A stretch of DNA of 39,110 nt, taken from Nemertoderma westbladi (lineage: Eukaryota > Animalia > Xenacoelomorpha). Under the pieces are notes generated by a model, which was given only the letters and a program-made list of their open reading frames with translations, searched no databases and was not told the origin of the DNA. How positions within the stretch are numbered: position 1 is the stretch's first letter; the number at the start of each line of letters is the position of its first letter. Made by a program: the position numbers and the translations under genes. Of the stretch, positions 1 through 11,367 are shown piece by piece. The stretch is from assembly GCA_032718475.1 (NCBI GenBank), contig JAUCBJ010009008.1:1-39110 (forward strand). Direction: 5' to 3'.

Positions 1-764
1 TATCGTATTCTATTCTAGTATTCTAATATCGTAGTATTTACCGATATTCTTAAAAAGACAATTGTCATAGAATTAAGGATCTTGTGTCCCCAGACATGTT
101 CTGGAATCCAAATATGTCCATTTAATTATCAAATAATAAAATTTCAGGGAATCAATTTAAATTCATGCCTTTTAATGAATTTAATAAATTGCCATTTTTA
201 CGCAATTTTTAAAGTTCCCAAAATTCCATTAATTAATAGATCAAGGGAGCGGAGATTTATCTTAGCATGCGTATGAGTGTGTGAAAGTCTCCCAAACATA
301 GTCAATAGCCGATAAAATTCATAAAGTCATGTATAAAACAGAACATTGACTATTAAAGAATACTATTAAATAACATCCCAGATCTGTATGCATTGGAATC
401 ACCCTAATTCTACCGCTAGCTTTGCATAATGTCACCATAGCAACAACCACGCTAGAATTAGAATTGAGTTAAAAGAACAATAGAAAGCTTGTCCCATTGA
501 ATAGCATAGGGAATAAATAGTGCACTGATAGTATCCAAGGATACATAATAATACAGTGACATTCTGGAAGGCATTGACTAACGGACAAGTGACCCGAATG
601 TGTGTAATTTGTGACAAGTTGTGTGTGTGGTATTTGTGAGTTTATAGGTGAATGTTACTGCTAAGGTGTGTTTACAGTAGCTAGTCGCAATCGTAAAAGT
701 AACCTAACTCTCCAAGGAAACCTGAAGTACATCTAAGCCTTTGGGACGGACAGTTGAGTGACTT

Positions 765-1241
765 GTGCCGGTTGTCGTTGTCGTTGTGCGGCTACGTCGT
801 TGGCGAAAGTACAGCGGCGACGACACATCGGCGCTGAGGATCTCGTACTGTCCGGGGTTGATTGGGGTAGGCAGCGACGCCCGCTCGCCTAAATATAAAC
901 TCATTATAATATGGATAAACTCATATATAGCAGATATGACGGAGTTGATAGAAGATGGTCTTAGTATCGGGGAGCGATATACTCTACCTTTACAAGCGTT
1001 TGTCGATAGCTTGATATGCGGCGACGCTGATCCAACTACTACGGAGGACGATGGTCGTTATATCGAACCGCCAATGTCCCAAGAGCAACTTACGCGTGAA
1101 TTGGATTATAGAAAGTTCACTGCTCGCTACACGCAGCGTAATGGTACGTATATGGACTTCTTGACCACTGGTCATCCTATCGATTTACATAATACGGACT
1201 ATGTCGACTATATATCCTGCCCAGCGGAGTCGGAACCATAA
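765..1241 (+). other. Unidentified ORF (158 codons; first ATG ~937) in a CpG-rich, probably mobile-element-derived block
   Basis: Longest non-repeat ORF in the first 3 kb. The acidic, globular-looking C-terminal 100 aa (MTELIEDGLSIGERY...ISCPAESEP) match no family I recognise. Stop-interrupted protein-like frames follow to ~2275. Confidence 0.25.
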
Positions 1242-3063
1242 ACTGAAATTCGAATGCGAAAATTCTATTCGAAATCGACTCGAAAGAAAAGACACTAAAG
1301 AAACAAATAAACGCGGTAACTCCAACGTATATTTAGAATTCTTGAGAGAATCATTGTAACAACAAATAAATATCACCCGCGTTTCCCCTACCAGACGTGC
1401 GTCTTTGGTATTATTACGGTAAATGCCCTAGACCCAGCCAATAAACGGAAAGACATAAACATCCACGGAAACGTTGTGTTAAACACAGTTGTGTTCGTTA
1501 TATTTACTGGAGTTTCGAGCGAAACTTGTTTAACGTATCACCTATGCTCACTCGGCTCTAACGATCCTAGAGTAAACCTACGATCAGAGTCCCGGAATAC
1601 TCGGTCAAACCTCCTCATTCCTTAGTTGGAGCTCAGACCTGCGATCCTGGTGGTGTCGCGGATCCTCGCGGACGGTATTCACTGTTCAAGATCTAGTGCT
1701 ACCCTAACAATTAATCGGTAACACTCCGACAGTGATTTCTAGCTAGCCGCCCATCTTACCTAGCCGGATTATGACGCGGACACCTAATATCACTATCCAA
1801 CCGTATGGTCGTCCCCGTTTGACGCGATACAACCCTTCATCAAGGTGAAGGAGAGCGTTGTACGAAACGAGTTAAACGCTATTCTATAAAGATCAAAAAA
1901 GAAACCTGCGTTTGTTCAGATAAACGTAAGTTATAACAGTAAGTCCAATCGATAAACGAATTGGCCTTATCTCAGTTCGATTGGGAAACCTCGAATCTCA
2001 AAGAAGATATCAAGCTTAGAAAACCCTATTCTCTGCGAGAGTTTTGGGACGAACGTATCCCATGACAAGCGGAGGAAAATCAGCTCGAGGAGAAGCATAT
2101 CGAAATGGACGAGACACCGACCGTAAACCCAAACCTTTTAATGCAATCATATTGCACCCTTCACCCAGGAGTTATGGCCCTCCTAGTAAAGTGGCTCCCC
2201 CCAAAGAGAAAAGGACTCTTGCTAGCCTCAAAAAAAAAAAAAACTGCGTAAACGCCGTCCGCGCAAGAAAGACTAACTGTTTAGAGTATCTTTAGGTTTT
2301 AGAAACTGTGATTTTTATATTTTATAGACTGAAAATCCCATTTTCTGGGAGCGGTGTAAAAGCCTTTGCTGAATTGCCCCGTTATTTTTATTATCTTTTA
2401 CATTAAAATACTCTGTAGTTGATTTAATAAGTGTAAGAGACCGTATTATTGCTGTATCGGTGTTTTTAGAGGATCTAAGACCTATTTCCTCCGTATGTGT
2501 ACTGTGAAAGGCATATTTTATGATTCTATGGCAATTCGTGACGCAAAGGGGTGATAGCTACTCTTGAACAGTAGTTACTATGACTACGGTTAACAGCTGA
2601 CATTCATACGTGTTGATTTCCTTTGTTCTACGGCGTCTCTCAGTTCAGTCAGCCAATTAGAGCGTTTTTGTGGCTCCTTGTACAGAAAATTTCCGAGAAA
2701 TGACGCAATGCCTATGTGCAGTGTTGACATTCAGTCCTGAGCCAAAGAAAGAACGGCTTGGAAGTATTTTGTGCTTTACTGTTTTTTAGTCTTACACTAG
2801 TAGGTTTAATTATAAAGGGCATATATCCTTTAACATACCTAACGACTACTGCGGACCAGCATACTGCTGACTGATCATACATGCTGACTGCTGAAACATT
2901 GCAAACTCATAACAATCAGTGTTTACATTCATTTTATACTGCTATTTACCGTCAGTTCTTCATAATATGGTTGATGAATAATTATATTTGGAATAACGAT
3001 AAATAACCCCGAAACCCAATATTCTTGATATACCGAAGGTAAGAGAGAAGGGTTACAGATAAA

Positions 3064-3602
3064 CGATTGTGACTTATGTTAAAGTGGTTTGAAGTGAATC
3101 TAATGTTATTTGATAGACCCTACATGAGTCAGTCTGTGTTCCTTTTATATGTGATTAAAATCAGTGAAGATTGGCAGATTAGTGTGCAGTATTGTGCAGC
3201 ATTGTGTATGAGTGAGTCTGTTAAAGAAGCAATTCCTAAAGAATGCGCCATATATGTGAATTATAATTAAGCCATATCGTTGTGAGTAGTTTAAGTCATA
3301 ACTCTGTTTATGTAGATAAAGCGCCACGTCCTAAAGGAACTGTTAATATTACCGAAGGTGAATAATATTGTCAGAGATTATATAATACTGTCAGTCGAAT
3401 AATACATTAGGCTTACATAGCAATAAAATTAAACCGTCGAACCCAATCTCCCGGGAATTTCCAGCGGGTGAATGGTCGCGCACGGATTGGTTTCGACTAG
3501 TGTAGTGAATCAAATACTTGTCATAGACTAAAAACAGATTTAATATCTAGAAGACATCTTAATTTGGTGGGTTAAACTGCCAAAGGTCTGAAAGCGCGAA
3601 CA
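3064..3602 (+). repeat. Dispersed non-coding repeat, copy A (inverted partner at 38563-39110)
   Basis: Colinear blocks match the reverse complement of the window end, e.g. TAGATAAAGCGCCACGTCCTAAAGGAACTGTTAATATT, TCGAATAATACATTAGG, CGGGTGAATG, GGTTAAACTGC.AAAGGTCT, GAAAGCGCGAACA. Confidence 0.85.
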
Positions 3603-5543
3603 AGCGGCATTCTACCTTACCCAAACGCCACTCATACGGCATTCTAACATACCCAAACGCCAGCCAAACGGCATTCTAACATACTCAAACACCACCCAAA
3701 CGGCATTATAACATACCCAAACGGCATTCTAACATACTCAAACGCCACCCAAACAGCATTCTACCTTACCCAAACGCCACTCAAACGGTATTCTAACATA
3801 CACAAACGCCACCCAAACGGCATTCTAACATACCCAAACGCCACCCAAACGGCATTCTAACATACCCAAACGCCACCCAAACGGCATTCTAACATACCCA
3901 AACGCCACCCAAACGGCATTCTAACATACCCAAACGCCACTCAAGCGGCATTCTACCTTACCCAAACGCCACTCAAACGGCATTCTAACATACCCAAACG
4001 CCACCCAAACGGCATTCTAACATACTCAAACACCACCCAAACGGCATTATAACATACCCAAACGGCATTCTAACATACTCAAACGCCACCCAAACAGCAT
4101 TCTACCTTACCCAAACGCCACTCAAACGGTATTCTAACATACACAAACGCCACCCAAACGGCATTCTAACATACCCAAACGCCAGCCAAACGGCATTCTA
4201 ACATACTCAAACACCACCCAAACGGCATTATAACATACCTAAACGCCACCCAAACGGCATTCTAACATACACAAACGCCACCCAAACAGCATTCTACCTT
4301 ACCCAAACGCCACTCAAACGGTATTCTAACATACACAAACGCCACCCAAACGGCATTCTAACATACCCAAACGCCACCCAAACGGCATTCTAACATACCC
4401 AAACGCCACCCAAACGGCATTCTAACATACCCAAACGCCACCCAAACGGCATTCTAACATACCCAAACGCCACTCAAGCGGCATTCTACCTTACCCAAAC
4501 GCCACTCAAACGGCATTCTAACATACCCAAACGCCACCCAAACGGCATTCTAACATACCCAAACGGCATTCTACCTTACCCAAACGCCACTCAAACGGCA
4601 TTCTAACATAGCCAAACGCCACCCAAACGGCATTCAACCTTACCCAAACGCCAGTCAAACGGCATTCTAACATACCCAAACGCCAGCCAAACGGCATTCT
4701 AACATACTCAAACACCACCCAAACGGCATTATAACATACCCAAATGGCATTCTAACATACTCAAACGCCACCCAAACAGCATTCTACCTTACCCAAACGC
4801 CACTCAAACGGTATTCTAACATACACAAACGCCACCCAAACGGCATTCTAATATACCCAAACGCCACCCAAACGGCATTCTAACATACCCAAACGCCACC
4901 CAAACGGCATTCTAATATACCCAAACGCCACCCAAACGGTATTCTAACATACCCAAACGCCACCCAAACGGCATTCTAACATACCCAAACGCCACTCAAA
5001 CGGCATTCTAACATAGCCAAACGCCACCAAAACGGCATTCAACCTTACCCAAACGCCACTCAAACGGCATTCTAACATACCCAAACGGCATTCTAACATA
5101 CCCAAACGCCACCCAAACGGCATTCTAACATACCCAAACGACACCCAAACGGCATTATAACATAACCAAACGCCACCCAAACGGCATTATAACATACCCA
5201 AACGGCATTCTACCTTACCCAAACGCCACTCAAACGGCATTCTAACATACCCAAACGCCACCCAAACGGCATTCTAACATACCCAAACGCCACCCAAACG
5301 GCATTCTAACATACTCAAACGCTACCCAAACGGCATTCTAACATACCCAAACGCCACCCAAACGGCATTCTAACATAACCCAAACGCCACCCAAACGGCA
5401 TTCTAACATACTCAAACGCTACCCAAACGGCATTATAACATACCCAAACGCCACCCAAACGGAATTCTACCTTACCCAAACGCCACTCAAACAAACGGCA
5501 TTCTAACATACCCAAACGCCACCCAAACGGCATTCTAACATAC
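3601..5543. repeat. Satellite/minisatellite, 32-bp unit (ACCCAAACGCCACCCAAACGGCATTCTAACAT), ~60 copies, with 21-bp deletion variants
   Basis: Tandem array read directly. The variant marker CAAGCGGCATTCTACCTT recurs at 3601, 3942 and 4475. Confidence 0.97.
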
Positions 5544-5731
5544 TTATACGCCAGCATGTTTACAGTAAGACAGTAAGCTATTCTACATACCAATCTGCTG
5601 GTACCGTATTTCAGTATTCTGGTATTTGGTAGGTACCGGTTAATTTCACCGTTTACCTATTGACTCAACTGATTTAGGATGCCAGGGAGTACCCTATAGG
5701 AGGGTAATTTTCATCCGGCAGTTCAATTTTA

Positions 5732-5831
5732 ATGCCGTTTGGGTACCATTGGGTGCCGATTGGGTGCGTTTGGGTGCCGTTTGGGTGCGTTTGGGTGCCG
5801 ATTGGGTGCGTTTGGGTAATTAGTCATACCG
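5732..5831 (-). mobile_element. Subterminal repeat block and probable terminus of a non-autonomous DNA element, inverted relative to the 32-bp satellite
   Basis: About 4 copies of TGCCGWTTGGGTGCGTTTGGG, whose reverse complement CCCAAACGCACCCAAWCGGCA matches the satellite core. The block ends in ...TAATTAGTCATACCG. Confidence 0.6.
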
Positions 5832-7500
5832 TTGGAAAGTGTGGTAGGACTATTTCACTTTCTTCAGCCATTCCAGCATTTCCAGATTGCAGAGTTCAGA
5901 GTTTTCAGTTATTCGCGACTATTCAGCCATATCATGTACCGGTACGGTACCTTAATCTTATTAAACATATGTGTTACAGTACGGTACCGGTACTGTTACA
6001 GTGGTACAGAGTTACCGGTACCGTCTTCAGGTCGTTGGCGCCACCCACCAATCGGCTCGGCAAAGGCAGCCATGGAAGTTTTGAAATTATGCGGACTTAA
6101 AGTCTGACTGCATATTTTCCGGTTGTACCAGCTGACCTGTATTCCATGTTCCGGTATCCCCTACTGCACTAGGTACCCCAACAGCCCAATACTGCAATAC
6201 CCAGCAACGTTTTGGAATTGTACCGGTACTCAAACAACTCACCATCAAGGCCACCGCCTCTGTCTGTCGCAGTGTCGTTGGCGACCTCGACTTTTGGTAT
6301 CGCTACTGCGCTAGCGCTATGGGCAAACTGGACTAACCGATGAGCGAGACCCGAGGACTGAAGAATGCATTTAATTTTTCGAGTAGTTTGACTGTGGACT
6401 TCTATTAGCTATGACATCGATGCCAAGCTGCCAATGCGAAAGATTTTTTTAAAGTAAAAGTTTGGTTAAATTTTCTTAATTATTTATTTAGAATTCTTAA
6501 GTACCGATTTTGGGATAGAATTGCTCAATTTTAATCTGTATCTAATAACTGACCCTCGTCCTGCGCCATGGCCCCACGAACGTGTCAGCTTACAATGAAT
6601 GACTTGGGATCTGTGACTGTGTTAGTAGGGTAGGTGGGAGCACTCAGAGTTGTAATGATTCGCCAGCCGAAAGGACAGTTTAATGCGGAATTTGGGCACT
6701 GATCAGACTAAATATCATTGTATACTGTATATTATACTCTGTGACGCACCCTTTTCTCTGAAAACTACAATATGTAGACCACCGGCCTTTGATGAGAGTG
6801 AGTATATTTCTTGTTTGCATAAACTCTGTTTAATGAATATATAATGTTATATATAGTTTATATATAGTTTAATGAATGTATATTAATATGTGCAAGACTG
6901 CAACCGCGAAGGGTGGTGATGTAGGCACGTTAAATAATTCCTGGCAATATTGTAACTTATTCCACGGGTCGGTGGATCCTTTATTGTTTATTTGTATCGG
7001 CAGAGTGTATAGATAGATTAACCTTAGACATTTTAATCCAAATCTTTAGATAATAAGGGTTTCAAGACTATATTAGCAGAACCCAATAGTGTAGGCAATA
7101 TGGTAGGCCTACAGTTGTATTGGGTACAGAGCTGACTGGTGCCTGTGTTCTTTTCTGATGTTATGGAGACAATTACTCTTATTTTCCCCGAGGGCAATTA
7201 ATTGTATTTATCATAAAGAGGATTATATAATTATTACTGTATAATACATATATTACTGTGCGAATATATCACATCAATTACCTAAAGCCAAAGAAGGTTT
7301 GTTTCTTACATTTGATACCCTGTAATAATTTGTCTCCATTCAATGTGAAATTTCAAGCAGAACATGACTGAACATGACTTACATGTCAGAACATTGACTG
7401 ATGATATTGTTGTGTCACGCGGGCGCGTTAAAATAATTATAGGTCTCGAACTTATTTTGTAGACGAGTCATAATTAGCGTATAGAAAGCATTGAGTCTAT

Positions 7501-7753
7501 GAGGGTAGCCCCAACCCAAGTACTTTATCCAATCACCATCCAGAGGGCAGCCCCAACCCAACTACTTTATCCAATCACCATCCAGAGGGTAGACCCAATC
7601 CAAGTTCTTTATCCAATCACCATCCAGAGGGCAGCCCCAACCCAAGTACTTTATCCAATCACCATCCAGAGGGTAACCCCAACCCAAGTACTTTATCCAA
7701 TCACCATCCAGAGGGTAGCCCCAACCCAAGTACTTTATCCAATCACCGTCCAT
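7501..7753. repeat. Minisatellite, 42-bp unit x6
   Basis: GAGGGTAGCCCCAACCCAAGTACTTTATCCAATCACCATCCA repeated. This explains the 14-aa periodic ORFs on both strands. Confidence 0.95.
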
Positions 7754-8509
7754 CACTGGCAGATTATTACCTGGATTCTTATTGAAGTAAGCGTGACGCG
7801 CCCGCGTGACGACGCGTCCGCTTGCTGCATCCGCGTTGGTTCAGGCTCCCCATTATTTAGCGATGCGTCTTGTATGCGCCTGGCGTCTGTTGTACTTTGT
7901 AGGTTCCAACTTTTCGTCTGCTGGCATCGGTAAGTTTAAGGAGTCAGACTTTCAATCTGGAGGCCACCAGTTCGGTTAACTTATTATAGGCAATTAATTC
8001 TTAGCAGCATTAAATAAATTTGTAAGATTATAAAGAAAATTAAAAATATTGATAAAATTTTGTAATAAATTTTGCGATCATTTGCAGTAGATTTTGTGTC
8101 AATTTGAAGAAAAACTTTGTTGTTTTTAGCTTCTATTACAAAACACATCTTATCGTCAAGAATATCCGTTATTATGTTCGAATTATAATAACGTACATAA
8201 TTATGTATAATAGACTTTCTCGGGTTATAGTTCTGGTCATCACTGCTGGCCGGCCGCCTTACTGTAACGCTATAAATTGTAACATAAAGCACAATATGAC
8301 ATAAACAGATGTTGATCCCGCATTTTGGATTGTTAAAAGTTGATGCTCATGTTGTTTGTTCTCAGCAAATGAAAATAACAAAAAGATACCGGTGTACTAT
8401 TGCAAAATGCAGTAGCTAGAAAATAATGCTTTACACTATCCTATACAGGGTGTATAGTATAGTGAAGATCACAAATATAGTGGGGTAACACTCCTTAATT
8501 TTTCACATC

Positions 8510-8790
8510 AAAAAAAAAGTAAAAAAAAAGTAAATTTTCTTCGGCCACAGGCCAGGGATTACGCACAAAGTCTGACGACTTATTTCCAGTGCGGTCCCCC
8601 CAGAACTTTACTCCCCAGAGGAAACTCTAGTACTCATTTAGCTACCACTTAAGGATGCAAGGCAGAGATGTGCCCTGGCTGGTCCCTTTAAAGCATTCGT
8701 GCCGAAACGAAAACTGCCCTGGCCCATGTGAGGATTGAACCCACGACCTAAAGGAGATGTGAATTCAATGCAACCACTACACCAAGGTGG
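8510..8790 (-). mobile_element. tRNA-derived SINE with conserved central core and LINE-like 3' tail
   Basis: On the minus strand: A box TGGTGTAGTGG, B box GGTTCAATCC, core GCCTTGCATCCTT...AAATGAGTAC, tail GGACCGCACTGGAAATAAGTCGTCAGACTTTG...GTAATCCCTGGCC, then a T-rich simple repeat. Confidence 0.8.
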
Positions 8791-9791
8791 AACAATCGCA
8801 CCCAGTATATATGATAGTAATATAAAATAACGTAATCTCGTACTACACGTAGCTTCTAGGTATTTTACAACTTTTCCAATAGGGACTACTTTTCCTACTG
8901 TAATAATTAATTGTCCACTACTTTAATGTATTATAATAATTTCGAAAAAGTAGCACAAAATTTCGGAATATAATCTCAATACTTAATAATACTATTCACA
9001 TATTAATATATAAATATGGAAAGCAATAATATTATTTACAATATAAAGTTCATGGAAGTTGTAAAACAGCAATTTGATCCACAAAAATATCGATTGCCTT
9101 TGTCTAGTATTTAGTATTAAATGCAGTTAACAAAGGGCATTAAAATTTACAATTAAAAAAAAATCCAGTTAAAAAAGCCCTTTAATATAGCAATCTCCAC
9201 GAGGCATGACTTTAGTCCTGGGTCAGATTTCAGTCCTTGGACAAACTATCAAGAACTGAATTGTCCATCATCCTAAAAAAACTTGACAGAAATAAACTAA
9301 TTCATTGAAATCAAATTTTAAGAATAGACAGTTGAAATTGTACTGAAACTCCAACGAACCAAATGATATTTATAAATATAACTTATAATCTAGTTCATGT
9401 GATACACATTAGCGTTAAAGCTTCTGATATATATTCATATACAGTATCTCTCCCCATAGTCTTTAAGTTCATGAACCGGAACAAATGGTTGCGTAATGAA
9501 TGACAATCAGGCGAGAGTTGGCAATAACATATAATCCGATTGATTGACAACACAACATGGACTAATACTGATGATGATGGTGATAAAAATAATGATGTTC
9601 CATGGATTAGCAATGATCGTGACTAAAATCTAATCTGTACAAATCTGTACATACATTATACAGCATGATATAAATAATTTAGACCACATCTTTTGCTTTC
9701 ATCCCAAGTGAATCTTCTGCAATTTTGCGATTTAAAAACTACGCAAAGCCATCTATCTTCTCACTCACCCCTGAGTAAATATATTCTGTAA

Positions 9792-10168
9792 GGCCCGGGT
9801 CACACATGAGTTTTCATCTTACAACAATTATAAACGATAGAGCCTACGAGACGTTCACAGATAAACAAACCTGCTGCTTTTATATTCTACATGGAACTTT
9901 AACTTTCACAATGTACTTGTCCTATATTTTATTTTACGTGAAAGTTTAGAACTGGTATCTCATAGCATTGACAACTAATCGGATGTAACAACAATAATTT
10001 ACCCACCAAATAATATTGTGAAATCCTTTTATAACTGGTCTATTGCAATAATGCCAGTGATTTTTTGGGCTGAGAGTTTAATGCTTATGTGTGAACCGGG
10101 ATGTTTTATAATTTTTAGGTTATTTTAAAGTTAAATGTTGAATGCTCATCTCATGCGTTAGCCGGGCC
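9792..10168. mobile_element. MITE, PIF/Harbinger (Tourist)-like
   Basis: Imperfect TIRs GGCCCGGGTCACACATGAG / CTCATGCGTTAGCCGGGCC, flanked by a TAA duplication (9789-9791, 10169-10171). Confidence 0.75.
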
Positions 10169-10415
10169 TAAGCAATCTCACATGTTGTAAAGATATATAT
10201 GCTTCAGTACGATAAACACTAGAATAAAGGGGGTAATTTTACAGACTGCGGTAACACGGTTTCAATTGATGCAGGCGCATATCTTGTTATCTCAGCCGCC
10301 ACGGTTTACCTTATTTCTTGTAAAAGTTTATAGCAGAAAATATTCATGATGGAAACTATTATAAATTATACAATTAAAAATCAAAACTAACAATCAAAGC
10401 AAGACTTCATTTCTC

Positions 10416-10426
10416 TAAATAAATAA
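10416..10426 (-). promoter_or_regulatory. AU-rich element in the putative FGF 3' UTR
   Basis: Minus strand TTATTTATTTA contains the canonical UUAUUUAUU nonamer, ~130 nt after the FGF stop codon. Confidence 0.35.
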
Positions 10427-10558
10427 TGCTGATGACAGTTCACACATGTCCCCCCGAATATATTGCACAAGTTGCTTCAAACCACAAACATCTCCAGATC
10501 TCCTATAATGATACTGGCGAGCACACGTATGTATCGGTGGTACAAACATAAGGTGTGT

Positions 10559-11290
10559 TTAGGTTACTGTCGTGGTGTTTGTAACATCCACATACTCGAT
10601 ACACTCCGAGTTTTTGTGTTTCCGTGTGCCTGGCTCGTGCACGCATCTCGGGGAGAAATGTGTCATCTTTTGGCGTGAGGATGTCTTGTTCCCTCTCCGA
10701 TTCCCTGTCCCGGCTCGCCGTAACGAAATGTACCACCGGTTACCCTCCTGTCGCACACCATCGGTAGAGTTCGCCAACACGGGGTATTTATCCGAGTACC
10801 ATAGGAGAAAGTCTAACCCATTGTCTGTTATCACGTCCTCCCTGAACAAACATTCGTCGCTGAGAGCTTGACGCCCGCGCAAATATCCTTCGCTGTTCAT
10901 ACACAAATAGTCTTTGTTTGAGATACTTCGCATCGCAAACACGCTGTCGGCGGACGCCACTCTGAATATAATGAAGCGTCCCTGTGCCGTTGCGTGCGAC
11001 GATGAACGAACTCTGTGGTGGATGAGTTGAAGGTACTTCCCGATGCGACAGAACATGAATGATGTTCTGCTGTTATTCCGCATCACGCTTAAAGTCTCGA
11101 CCGAATCCAAGTCCATAGCTCGGTGCATAATCTCGGCAATCCCCCGTATGTACTGCTCGCGTTCGGGAAGAGATGTGGGCAGATATGCGCGGGCCTGCCA
11201 GCGACCGCCACGTGGTATTAGCACTCTAGCAGCCACTACGTTGCACACTAACAACAAGTAACCCAGTTGTAATGAAGAAGGGCACCGCAT
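10559..11290 (-). CDS. fgf: Fibroblast growth factor family ligand, secreted, single coding exon (FGF9/16/20-like motifs)
   Basis: Intact 243-aa ORF with an N-terminal hydrophobic signal peptide (LQLGYLLLVCNVVAA). FGF beta-trefoil motifs appear in the correct order: MFCRIGKYLQL, YLCMNSEGYLRG, ECLFRE (invariant Cys), YSDKY, WYISL, RRGNKT..QKMTHFSPR. An in-frame TGA lies 11 codons upstream of the ATG. Confidence 0.95.
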   Translation of the reverse strand: MRCPSSLQLGYLLLVCNVVAARVLIPRGGRWQARAYLPTSLPEREQYIRGIAEIMHRAMDLDSVETLSVMRNNSRTSFMFCRIGKYLQLIHHRVRSSSHATAQGRFIIFRVASADSVFAMRSISNKDYLCMNSEGYLRGRQALSDECLFREDVITDNGLDFLLWYSDKYPVLANSTDGVRQEGNRWYISLRRAGTGNRRGNKTSSRQKMTHFSPRCVHEPGTRKHKNSECIEYVDVTNTTTVT

Positions 11291-11367
11291 ACCATCACAA
11301 TAACAGGAACCAAGGAATTTTCAAAATAATTCATCAGCAGCGGTATTTATGTTAACATAATATTCCG

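Noticed and set aside
1240-1848. Frame with only TAA/TAG stops over ~200 codons (alternative genetic code?)
   Set aside because: About nine TAR stops is near chance level, the frame is not continuous with the upstream ORF, and the FGF and TE ORFs read normally in the standard code.
3601-5543. CRISPR-like regular array and repetitive ORFs (YVRMPFGWRLGMLECRL)
   Set aside because: Units are head-to-tail with no unique spacers and there are no cas genes. The ORFs are artefacts of a 32-bp unit.
7499-7933. 144-aa ORF with 14-aa repeats
   Set aside because: Explained by the 42-bp minisatellite; both strands are open and there is no other coding evidence.
10463-11261. Plus-strand ORFs overlapping the FGF
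   Set aside because: Antisense shadows of a GC-richer CDS with no recognisable motifs.
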